IMG/VR virus record: IMGVR_UViG_3300037993_001242
Coordinates: 64,001-128,000 of that record
Source of the DNA: a virus
Reading direction: 5' to 3' (one strand)
DNA: 64,000 nt
This document shows positions 1 through 6,333 of this stretch, in pieces. Every line of letters starts with the position of its first letter. Positions within the stretch are counted from its first letter, which is position 1. The position numbers and the translations under genes are program-made. The notes under the pieces were generated by a model. The model ran no database searches. It was not told the DNA's origin and worked only from the letters and a program-made list of their open reading frames with translations.

Positions 1-43
1 TGGCCTTGGTCTGGTAATTGTAAAACGTGAAGCTGTACAGCAC
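1..43 (-). CDS. Partial CDS (N-terminus MLYSFTFYNYQTKA..., runs off window)
   Basis: GTG at 43 preceded by GTAGTTA-N4 motif; frame open to window edge. Confidence 0.45.
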   Translation of the reverse strand, partial: MLYSFTFYNYQTKA

Positions 44-58
44 GCCTTAACTACGAAA

Positions 59-137
59 TGGCGGCCTGACGCTGGTTTTACTCCAGCGTGTTAGCCCGTC
101 GCTCGTGCCCGTAAGCAGTTGCGTTGGGTTTCAGACC
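59..137 (-). ncRNA. Non-canonical tRNA-like RNA ending G-CCA
   Basis: Acceptor GGTCTGA/TCAGGCC-G-CCA, T-like arm CGCTGG-AGTAAAA-CCAGCG, one long irregular arm in place of D and anticodon arms. Confidence 0.6.
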
Positions 138-141
138 ATAA

Positions 142-218
142 TGGTAGCCCGGATGGGTTTCGATCCCATGATCTCTGCCTTGAAGGGGCAGCGTGTTAGC
201 CAGCTACACTACCGGGCC
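142..218 (-). tRNA. tRNA-Glu(UUC)
   Basis: Cloverleaf, CTGCC-CC-TTC-AA-GGCAG, CCA; T-loop ATCGAAA. Confidence 0.95.
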
Positions 219-224
219 GTAAAA

Positions 225-301
225 TGGTGCCAAGGGGTGGCTTCGATCCACCGACACAAAGATTTTCAGTCTTCTGCTCTACCGGGCTGAGCTACCTTGA
301 C
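225..301 (-). tRNA. tRNA-Phe(GAA)
   Basis: Cloverleaf, loop CT-GAA-AA, CCA; T-loop ATCGAAG. Confidence 0.95.
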
Positions 302-305
302 AAAG

Positions 306-382
306 TGGTCGTCACGGTTGGCTTCGATCCAACGGCCTGTCGGTTATCGACCGACTGCTCTACCGGGCTGAGCTACGTGACG
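306..382 (-). tRNA. tRNA-Ile(GAU)
   Basis: GTCGG-TC-GAT-AA-CCGAC (C33), CCA; T-loop ATCGAAG. Confidence 0.93.
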
Positions 383-386
383 AAAT

Positions 387-520
387 ATAACGGGCAAGGA
401 TCGGCGTGGATGTTTTTAGCGCTCTACCGTTGAGCTATCCCGGCATTGGAGCCGGGAACAGGACTCGAACCTGTATCTCCTCATTAGCATTGAGATAACC
501 CACAACACTTCGGCCCGTTA
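387..520 (-). ncRNA. Y RNA (YrlA-like) with circularly permuted tRNA module
   Basis: Terminal stem TAACGGGC(C)GA/TTGCCCGTTA with bulged C; inside, T arm, acceptor 3' strand-T-CCA, AT linker, acceptor 5' strand, D arm. Confidence 0.85.
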
Positions 521-523
521 AAA

Positions 524-611
524 TGGCGGCGGGTAAAGGAATCCAACCTCTGCTGCTGTTACGCAGGCCACAGTTTTCGGAACTGGCACCTTAGCGCTCG
601 GTCAACCCGCC
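524..611 (-). tRNA. tRNA-Ser(CGA)
   Basis: Long variable arm, loop TC-CGA-AA, G73-CCA; C19/G56. Confidence 0.9.
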
Positions 612-626
612 AAAAATCAATTACGG

Positions 627-716
627 TGGCGGAGGGGCAAGGATTTGAACCTTGGCACGTATTACCGTGGCCTCAACTTTCCAAGCTGGCACCTTACCGG
701 ACTCGGTCAACCCTCC
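627..716 (-). tRNA. tRNA-Ser(GGA)
   Basis: Long variable arm, loop TT-GGA-AA, G73-CCA; canonical T-loop. Confidence 0.95.
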
Positions 717-718
717 AC

Positions 719-1072
719 TCAGGCGATGATCGCGTACTGAAGCTCGTATCCGCGCTCTTTAACAAAATCATCAACTGCTTCCCGTTGCATGGGATTTAGT
801 GCTTCCGTGTTAGCGTACATAACGCGCCGCTCCACCGTGGCACGCACCCAACCAAGCTGTTTCATGTGCGAATACACATTCATGACTTTAGGATTTTTGA
901 TGACGTTCTCCTGTGCCCATTTTTGGTGGCCACCCACCTTGGTTATTTTGCCCTCTGGGCTGATCCAGTAATTGTCGGGCATAGGCTGCCACATGGTGCG
1001 CCCGTATACATCTTTACCGTAATCGATGCGCCCATATTCGAGCAGTGCGTCCACGACTTGTTTTGCGTCCAC
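719..1072 (-). CDS. Hypothetical protein with N-terminal AKQVVDALLE tag
   Basis: ORF-track start lies inside tRNA-Ser; GTG at 1072 follows GTAGTTA-N4. Confidence 0.75.
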   Translation of the reverse strand: MDAKQVVDALLEYGRIDYGKDVYGRTMWQPMPDNYWISPEGKITKVGGHQKWAQENVIKNPKVMNVYSHMKQLGWVRATVERRVMYANTEALNPMQREAVDDFVKERGYELQYAIIA

Positions 1073-1087
1073 GTCGTAACTACAAAA

Positions 1088-1175
1088 TGGCGGAGGGTAC
1101 AGGGATTCAACCTGTGCCGGTTTTACCCGGTCGACGGTTTTCAAGACCGTAGCATTCGCGCTCTGCCAACCCTCC
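1088..1175 (-). tRNA. tRNA-Ser(UGA)
   Basis: ACGGT-CT-TGA-AA-ACCGT, long variable arm, G73-CCA; C19/G56. Confidence 0.93.
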
Positions 1176-1176
1176 G

Positions 1177-1253
1177 TGGCGTCCCCGGCAGGAGTCCAAC
1201 CTGCGACACAGTCGTTTAGGAAACGACGGCTCTTGCAACTGAGCTACGGGGAC
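1177..1253 (-). tRNA. tRNA-Arg(CCU)
   Basis: GTCGT-TT-CCT-AA-ACGAC, CCA; C19/G56. Confidence 0.93.
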
Positions 1254-1257
1254 AAAA

Positions 1258-1875
1258 TCAAGTGACCAGATAACCACCACGCAGGAAACCGTGCCAGCCG
1301 CCACACACGATTGATCCGGCACCGGCGGCGCAGGTGTTCCCGTTCTTGTCTACGGTCAAATCTGGCGCAATGCCATGGCGCACCCAACATTCGTGCGGTT
1401 CCTTGGGCCGGGTGCAGTTGGAAGCCTGACTGTCAATCGACCACTCGCCGCCCGGCGTCCGGCAGACATAGTAATGCCCGTCCGAGCGTTTATAGCTGTC
1501 CGGCATCCACGCGGCGTCCCAGATAGCCCCCACGGGCGGCTGGCGCAGCGATGCAAGCTCCTGCGTGTCCGAACGCTGGTACAGCCGGTCGTAATTGACC
1601 TGCCATTCGTCACTTTCCAGAAACACATAGCCGCAGGCACATTGGCGGGGCCAGCGGAGATCATCGTGCGGAAACTGTTTCTCGTCATCGCCGCACGTCG
1701 GATGCTCGGCGTATTCAATCTTGGGATTGATTTCGGTGCTCACGTCGTGGTAGCCCTGTGGCAACGGGCATGGATTTTTGGGCGTATCCTCGCGCCAGTC
1801 CGACCGATACCGGCGCAGGGACAGGTTGTAAAAATTTGTGGGCGTCAGCAGAAAGCAACGGATCGGTTTACACAT
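1258..1875 (-). CDS. Hypothetical Cys/His/Trp-rich protein
   Basis: 205-aa ORF, GTATTTA-N4-ATG. Confidence 0.75.
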   Translation of the reverse strand: MCKPIRCFLLTPTNFYNLSLRRYRSDWREDTPKNPCPLPQGYHDVSTEINPKIEYAEHPTCGDDEKQFPHDDLRWPRQCACGYVFLESDEWQVNYDRLYQRSDTQELASLRQPPVGAIWDAAWMPDSYKRSDGHYYVCRTPGGEWSIDSQASNCTRPKEPHECWVRHGIAPDLTVDKNGNTCAAGAGSIVCGGWHGFLRGGYLVT

Positions 1876-1914
1876 GCCTTAAATACCGGCGATTATGACT
1901 GTATTTAGGTAGCT

Positions 1915-2373
1915 ATGATGCCTGAAAGTCGTTCGATTGCGCTTCAGCTTGCGCAGCGGTTCGTCGAATACAAGGACAGGATCGAGGAGGTTGCCGCGCA
2001 GGTGCGCCGCCACAAACGAATCCTCGATCTTTGCCCGGTGCCGATGTTTTTGACGGATGAACACGGGAAATGCGTCTACGTCAATCCCGCCAAACTCAAA
2101 CTCGTCGGGGGCACCCTTGGCGAAATGCAGTACGACGGTTGGCAGCACTTTGTTTACCCGGAAGACCTGCCCCACTTGCTGAACGCGTGGACTCAATTCG
2201 TTTTAGACCACAACCAGCACACTTTTTCGTATACGTACCGGTATCAGCGCGCTGATGGCTCGGTGCTGGAAGTTGTGACCGAAGCCAGAATGCTGGACGA
2301 CCACAGCATTGTCGGTTTTGTGCTGCCCGTGAAATGCAGCGGCTGTTTCGATTTTTTCACTGTACACGGATAA
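1915..2373 (+). CDS. Stand-alone PAS-domain protein
   Basis: PAS pattern PMFLTDEHGKCVYVNPA...WQHFVYPED...YRYQRADGS. Confidence 0.85.
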   Translation: MMPESRSIALQLAQRFVEYKDRIEEVAAQVRRHKRILDLCPVPMFLTDEHGKCVYVNPAKLKLVGGTLGEMQYDGWQHFVYPEDLPHLLNAWTQFVLDHNQHTFSYTYRYQRADGSVLEVVTEARMLDDHSIVGFVLPVKCSGCFDFFTVHG

Positions 2374-2447
2374 TGCCTTTTTCATTTGGTGTATTTACTC
2401 CACAAGGTGTTTTTCCTTGAAGTTAAAATACGCAAAATCCATATAAA

Positions 2448-2903
2448 ATGAACAACATAATCAAAGCAACAACTGTCGGTTTGATCTGCACTGCGTCGCT
2501 GCTGGTCTGTCCGCTGTCCACGAAGGCGCAGTTCGTAACCAATCTCGTCACCTTCAGCAATGTGGTCATTCGGTCATCATCAGATGTCACCGGCCCTTAC
2601 ACTAATTTGTTTACGTTGCCGGATGTTACCCTTGAGTACCGGTATCACGTGGGATCGCTTCAACCGTTTTTTTATCATTTTAAGCTGAGCACGCCGGTCA
2701 TTGATGCTGATCTGTTTGAAACCAGCTTGACGCTCCAATATGCCTTCAATGCGGGCGGCCCTTACGATGACATTTATACTTATCCAACCATTGCTGTTAC
2801 CAATCCGGCAGGAAACGCCTTTTTCCGTTCTGCTTTCGATTTGACCGACACTAATTTTGTGTTCGTTGACCCTTACACCGTTCAGTTTGTACCGCCGCCA
2901 TAA
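2448..2903 (+). CDS. Secreted protein
   Basis: Signal peptide ending TKA-Q; beta-rich mature part. Confidence 0.7.
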   Translation: MNNIIKATTVGLICTASLLVCPLSTKAQFVTNLVTFSNVVIRSSSDVTGPYTNLFTLPDVTLEYRYHVGSLQPFFYHFKLSTPVIDADLFETSLTLQYAFNAGGPYDDIYTYPTIAVTNPAGNAFFRSAFDLTDTNFVFVDPYTVQFVPPP

Positions 2904-2906
2904 AAT

Positions 2907-2983
2907 TGGCACTCCCGGCAGGATTCCAACCTGCGACCTTGAATTTAGAAAATTCCTGCTCTATGCAACTGAGCTACGGGAGC
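2907..2983 (-). tRNA. tRNA-Arg(UCU)
   Basis: Loop TT-TCT-AA, CCA; C19/G56. Confidence 0.93.
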
Positions 2984-3015
2984 AAAAACGCGCAGCCGAA
3001 TCAACGGCTGCGCGT
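2984..3015 (-). terminator. Intrinsic terminator-like hairpin
   Basis: 11-bp GC stem ACGCGCAGCCG/CGGCTGCGCGT followed by T run on minus strand. Confidence 0.6.
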
Positions 3016-3035
3016 AAAATAGGCACAGCAACGAG

Positions 3036-3923
3036 TCAAGGTGAAGCTAACCTGTAAAATTTATGTGGTACTGACGGGGAAGCAGGAATAATGACTCCTG
3101 ATGCCGAAGTCATCGTCGTCGCGTAACCATCACTATTAGTCACTGTATATCCACATGAGCCATTGGTCACGATTGGAATCCCTTGTGAATCATACACGAC
3201 GTAAACGATATTAGCCAATTTAGACGCACTATAGCCAAAATACGTACCCCAATCAGAAACTGGTTGGGATACCCAGTTGGGAATAGACGTATAGCTTACC
3301 CAACCGGTGGCCGAATAAATTTCCTGACTCCATTGTACCAAATCAGTGGTGGACTCAAGATGTGCCGTGGTCATGGGATTGCCCTGTGTATCAAGGATTC
3401 CGGCCCGTGGAACAAAATTGGTAAAAGTGGTGCTGAATGACCAAATGTAAATGTTCGTCTGCCAGTCAGTCCATCCATTGTCAATGGCGCTCCAATAGTA
3501 AACAGTAGAATTGTTGGTCGCTATCAGGGCTTGACTGCTGTTGGTCTGGCCACTATTCTCCGCTGCCGGTTGCATTATAGCCTGCTGTTTAAGCAGGGGA
3601 GGGAAAAACGGCGGCATTGGAGGGAAAAACGGCGGTGGTGGAGGCGCTGGAGTCGGGGGCGGCTGCGCCGGAGTCGGTGCCGGAGTCGCTGGCGCAGACG
3701 GAAGACAACTGTTCAACCACATTACAAGGACTACGCCGCCTGCCGTTACAATCACTATCATAATTGCACCACATATTTGCACCGTTTGGTTGGGCTGTAC
3801 GGGGTTAGCCGCAAGCTGTTTGTTGGTATTCTCAGCATACACAGGCAGTATAAGCAGGATGACCATGAGGCTGACTGCGATCAAACGACACATTATTGAT
3901 TGAGTGAATTTTGATGTTTTCAT
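3036..3923 (-). CDS. Exported/membrane protein with Pro-rich linker
   Basis: Signal peptide, TM segment, poly-Pro linker, Asn/Thr-rich domain with ESTTDLVQW. Confidence 0.75.
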   Translation of the reverse strand: MKTSKFTQSIMCRLIAVSLMVILLILPVYAENTNKQLAANPVQPNQTVQICGAIMIVIVTAGGVVLVMWLNSCLPSAPATPAPTPAQPPPTPAPPPPPFFPPMPPFFPPLLKQQAIMQPAAENSGQTNSSQALIATNNSTVYYWSAIDNGWTDWQTNIYIWSFSTTFTNFVPRAGILDTQGNPMTTAHLESTTDLVQWSQEIYSATGWVSYTSIPNWVSQPVSDWGTYFGYSASKLANIVYVVYDSQGIPIVTNGSCGYTVTNSDGYATTMTSASGVIIPASPSVPHKFYRLASP

Positions 3924-3927
3924 AGAC

Positions 3928-4173
3928 TTACTTTTTGAGCAATGCTGCGAGCGCCATCAAGAAACAGCCTGCATTCACACAGTGAAGACCAATCTGACCG
4001 ACTTTGGGTGAAACCCACGGGGAGACAAAAAACCCCACTATTAGAATGTAAGCAATCCAGCAGGCAGTAAATATGACAAGCCGATTTTGGTGCTCCTTAC
4101 ACCAATTTCCGTAAGCTTGCCATCCGCGTTGGAGCGGCGCACGCACCGACCTGATTAGTTTTTCAGGTTTCAT
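3928..4173 (-). CDS. Small two-TM membrane protein
   Basis: ATG 6 nt after a sigma70 -10 box; two hydrophobic segments. Confidence 0.7.
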   Translation of the reverse strand: MKPEKLIRSVRAPLQRGWQAYGNWCKEHQNRLVIFTACWIAYILIVGFFVSPWVSPKVGQIGLHCVNAGCFLMALAALLKK

Positions 4174-4179
4174 ACCCAA

Positions 4180-4208
4180 ACTGTATGCGTCCAACAGGCG
4201 ATTGTCAA
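4180..4208 (-). promoter_or_regulatory. Sigma70-type promoter (leaderless)
   Basis: TTGACA-N17-TACAGT-N6-ATG. Confidence 0.75.
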
Positions 4209-4266
4209 CAGGAAATTACAAGACTGTAAGCATACGGTGTAAACGATTTGTATACAATAAGTTAAA

Positions 4267-4342
4267 TGGCTCCAGAGGCTGGGCACGATCCAGCAACATC
4301 CCGGTTAACAGCCGGGTACTCTACCAATTGAGCTACTCTGGA
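4267..4342 (-). tRNA. tRNA-Asn(GUU)
   Basis: CCCGG-CT-GTT-AA-CCGGG, G73-CCA; T-loop ATCGTGC. Confidence 0.95.
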
Positions 4343-4350
4343 ATAAAAAG

Positions 4351-4444
4351 CTTTTCAGCGACGGCAGTGCCTATGCCTGCGGCCCTGTAGGGGCGGCTTT
4401 GCACACAGTAGGCTTGCCGTGTGCAATCTTTACGCCGCTGAAAA
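4351..4444 (-). ncRNA. Unassigned four-way-junction RNA
   Basis: Closing stem TTTTCAGCGGCG/CGTCGCTGAAAA plus three internal hairpins. Confidence 0.45.
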
Positions 4445-4445
4445 A

Positions 4446-4518
4446 TGGTCGCGCCGGACGGAGTTGAACACGTCATCTCGCACTTCCGGGTGCCGCTCTA
4501 ACATTAAGCTACGGCGCG
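4446..4518 (-). tRNA. Atypical tRNA, 6-nt anticodon loop CCGGAA (identity uncertain)
   Basis: Intact acceptor CGCGCCG/CGGCGCG-A-CCA and D arm; anticodon arm GCAC-CCGGAA-GTGC; bulged T stem. Confidence 0.6.
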
Positions 4519-4526
4519 TTTTAAAA

Positions 4527-4602
4527 TGGTCGGGACAACCGGGCACGATCCGGCAACCTCTCGGCCCCAAACCGAGCGCTCTACCAATTGAGCTATGCCC
4601 CG
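4527..4602 (-). tRNA. tRNA-Pro(UGG)
   Basis: CTCGG-TT-TGG-GG-CCGAG, C1-G72, A73; T-loop ATCGTGC. Confidence 0.95.
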
Positions 4603-4796
4603 TCAGCAATGTAAAAATTGTTTTCTTCTCGCGGACATTCCTCATTCAAAAGAACCAAGCATCGCCGTATGCTTACATCGGACGTTCCATAACTTTCCGT
4701 GCAATGATCGCAGCGAGAACACGTCACAATAACGCTTGGTACCGGCCCGTGATCACCGTCCAATTCTGTTTCTTCAACAGTACATTCAACACGCAT
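4593..4796 (-). CDS. Small Cys-rich hypothetical protein
   Basis: MRVECTVEE...CSRCDHC; stop codon inside tRNA-Pro. Confidence 0.6.
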   Translation of the reverse strand: MRVECTVEETELDGDHGPVPSVIVTCSRCDHCTESYGTSDVSIRRCLVLLNEECPREENNFYIADGA

Positions 4797-4814
4797 ACAG
4801 CGTAGAACTGAAAA

Positions 4815-4891
4815 TGGTCTGGGTGACAGGCTTCGATCCTGCAACCTCGTGTACCCGAAACACGCGCTCTACCAGATTGAGCTACACCCAG
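4815..4891 (-). tRNA. tRNA-Pro(CGG)
   Basis: CGTGT-TT-CGG-GT-ACACG, CCA; T-loop ATCGAAG. Confidence 0.95.
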
Positions 4892-4900
4892 TTGAAATGG

Positions 4901-5200
4901 TCAGTCAATGATGACCGGAGAATCTGAATTAAGCCATGCAAAAAGAGTTGATCCTTTGTGCTGCTGAATAAGCAAACGCGACTGATGCCCGCAGCACGAG
5001 CAGTCAAAATTGATTATTATTGCGTTTCTACGCCCCTGCATTTTTGTTTCTGGAACTGCCTCACTTTTTGGAGGATACGTACCTTGGATGGTCATCTTAA
5101 TTCCGTCGCCATCTTCAAAATGGGGTCTCTCATATATTTCGATCATGCTGTGGTGCATGTCGGCTGTTTCCCGACAGTTTGGACAAGCTAGTGCGTTCAT
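4901..5200 (-). CDS. Hypothetical Zn-binding protein
   Basis: CPNC near N-terminus and CSCC near C-terminus; fills gap between tRNAs. Confidence 0.7.
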   Translation of the reverse strand: MNALACPNCRETADMHHSMIEIYERPHFEDGDGIKMTIQGTYPPKSEAVPETKMQGRRNAIIINFDCSCCGHQSRLLIQQHKGSTLFAWLNSDSPVIID

Positions 5201-5220
5201 ACGCCCACAAGAACGTAAAA

Positions 5221-5297
5221 TGGTCGGGATGACGGGCTTCGATCCCGTGACCTCCAGTCCCCCAGACTGGCGCGCTACCTGACTGCGCTACATCCCG
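5221..5297 (-). tRNA. tRNA-Pro(GGG)
   Basis: CCAGT-CT-GGG-GG-ACTGG, CCA; T-loop ATCGAAG. Confidence 0.95.
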
Positions 5298-5298
5298 G

Positions 5299-5586
5299 TT
5301 AAGATTTGGTTGGTATGGCATCAGCCAGCCGCGCCAAAACATCACCATGACAGGGCATCGGCCAGCACCAGCAACCCAACGTTTTGTCCTTCAATTCGTG
5401 CAGGCTGGCCAACAACTCTGGCTGAGTTTTAATCCAGTCTTCATACATGGCGATGACTTCGTCGCGGGTGCCGTCGGCTCCGATCCGGTAGGGGTTGCCC
5501 CACTTTGAACCTTCTGGAAAATCACGCGTACCTCGTCCGATGTATACATCGAATTTACTGTGCTTGCAATGGACAACTTTAGTCAT
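5299..5586 (-). CDS. DUF4326-family protein
   Basis: VVHCK...FDVYIGRG...SKWGNPY...LGCWCWPMPCHGDVL. Confidence 0.85.
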   Translation of the reverse strand: MTKVVHCKHSKFDVYIGRGTRDFPEGSKWGNPYRIGADGTRDEVIAMYEDWIKTQPELLASLHELKDKTLGCWCWPMPCHGDVLARLADAIPTKS

Positions 5587-5607
5587 ACTCCACAAGAACC
5601 AAAAGTT

Positions 5608-5688
5608 CCCCAAGCGGCAGGAGCACCGCCCGCCCGCGTTACTTCGTCACTGCCTGACTAACAGACCGTTGCGATGCTCAGCTTGGGT
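5608..5688 (-). ncRNA. Unassigned structured RNA, possible pseudoknot
   Basis: CCCAAGC/GCTTGGG and GAGCATCGC/GCGGTGCTC stems; bulge CTGCC complementary to internal GGCAG. Confidence 0.45.
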
Positions 5689-5692
5689 AAAT

Positions 5693-5758
5693 TGGCGGCC
5701 CTCGATATTACGGCGGCTGCGCCGCCACAAGAAGTGGCCACTTCTTGTATCTCAGGCC
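5693..5758 (-). ncRNA. Non-canonical three-way-junction RNA ending G-CCA
   Basis: GGCCT-GA-GATA/TATC-GA-GGGCC-G-CCA with two perfect hairpins. Confidence 0.55.
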
Positions 5759-5761
5759 AAA

Positions 5762-5839
5762 TGGCGGGACGTACGGGCTTCGATCCCGTGACCTTCCGGT
5801 AGACAGCCGGTTGCTCTAGCCAGACTGAGCTAACGTCCC
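5762..5839 (-). tRNA. tRNA-Asp(GUC)
   Basis: Loop CT-GTC-TA, G73-CCA; T-loop ATCGAAG. Confidence 0.93.
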
Positions 5840-5844
5840 AAAAA

Positions 5845-6150
5845 TTATGATCCGACGAGTTCGTCAGTGCCTTCCCACGTAAACTCCGAAACCGGCAGGT
5901 GCATTCCACACTGACAACAGTAGGTCGCACCGTAAAATTTTGGGTCGCGAGCGTAAGTTTCAGCGATGGCCAAGGCCATGGTCGTTTTCGCCCGGCAGGT
6001 ATTGTGGATGTACGACTGACGTACCGGTCGAATGAATCCTTTGGCGCGCTCCTCTTCGGACAGCACGAGGTATTTTTTCATCTGCGGTGTCGGCACTTTG
6101 TCCGCACCGTATCCTAAATCGGGGTCTTTTGGATCAGTTGTCAAACTCAT
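5845..6150 (-). CDS. Hypothetical phage protein (MSLTTDP...TYCCQC)
   Basis: True start after GTAGTTA-N5; the longer ORF-track call runs through tRNA-Tyr. Confidence 0.75.
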   Translation of the reverse strand: MSLTTDPKDPDLGYGADKVPTPQMKKYLVLSEEERAKGFIRPVRQSYIHNTCRAKTTMALAIAETYARDPKFYGATYCCQCGMHLPVSEFTWEGTDELVGS

Positions 6151-6164
6151 ACCTTTAACTACGT

Positions 6165-6226
6165 TGGCGGGCTTGGCTGTTAATTCAGCCCGTAGCGCGC
6201 CACGCGGCGGATCAGGCCGCAAGCCC
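6165..6226 (-). ncRNA. 62-nt mini-cloverleaf RNA lacking an anticodon loop, ending G-CCA
   Basis: GGGCTT/AAGCCC-G-CCA plus three hairpins; middle loop is the tetraloop CGCG. Confidence 0.6.
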
Positions 6227-6231
6227 ATAAA

Positions 6232-6322
6232 TGGTGGCAACGGCTGGAGTCGAACCAGCGGTGTTTTCCTCTTGGGTAGCGCTTTTACAGAGCGTTGTCT
6301 TCGCCACTTGACGCACGTTGCC
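6232..6322 (-). tRNA. tRNA-Tyr(GUA)
   Basis: Loop CT-GTA-AA, long variable arm, A73-CCA; canonical T-loop. Confidence 0.95.
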
Positions 6323-6333
6323 GTATTTAAAAC

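Noticed and set aside
478-492. CTAATGAG resembling a hammerhead core
   Set aside because: G5 is A and there is no GAAA partner; better explained as a hairpin within the Y RNA
5608-5688. Resemblance to SRP 4.5S RNA or SAH riboswitch
   Set aside because: Lacks the SRP helix-8 motif and the SAH P1 pairing
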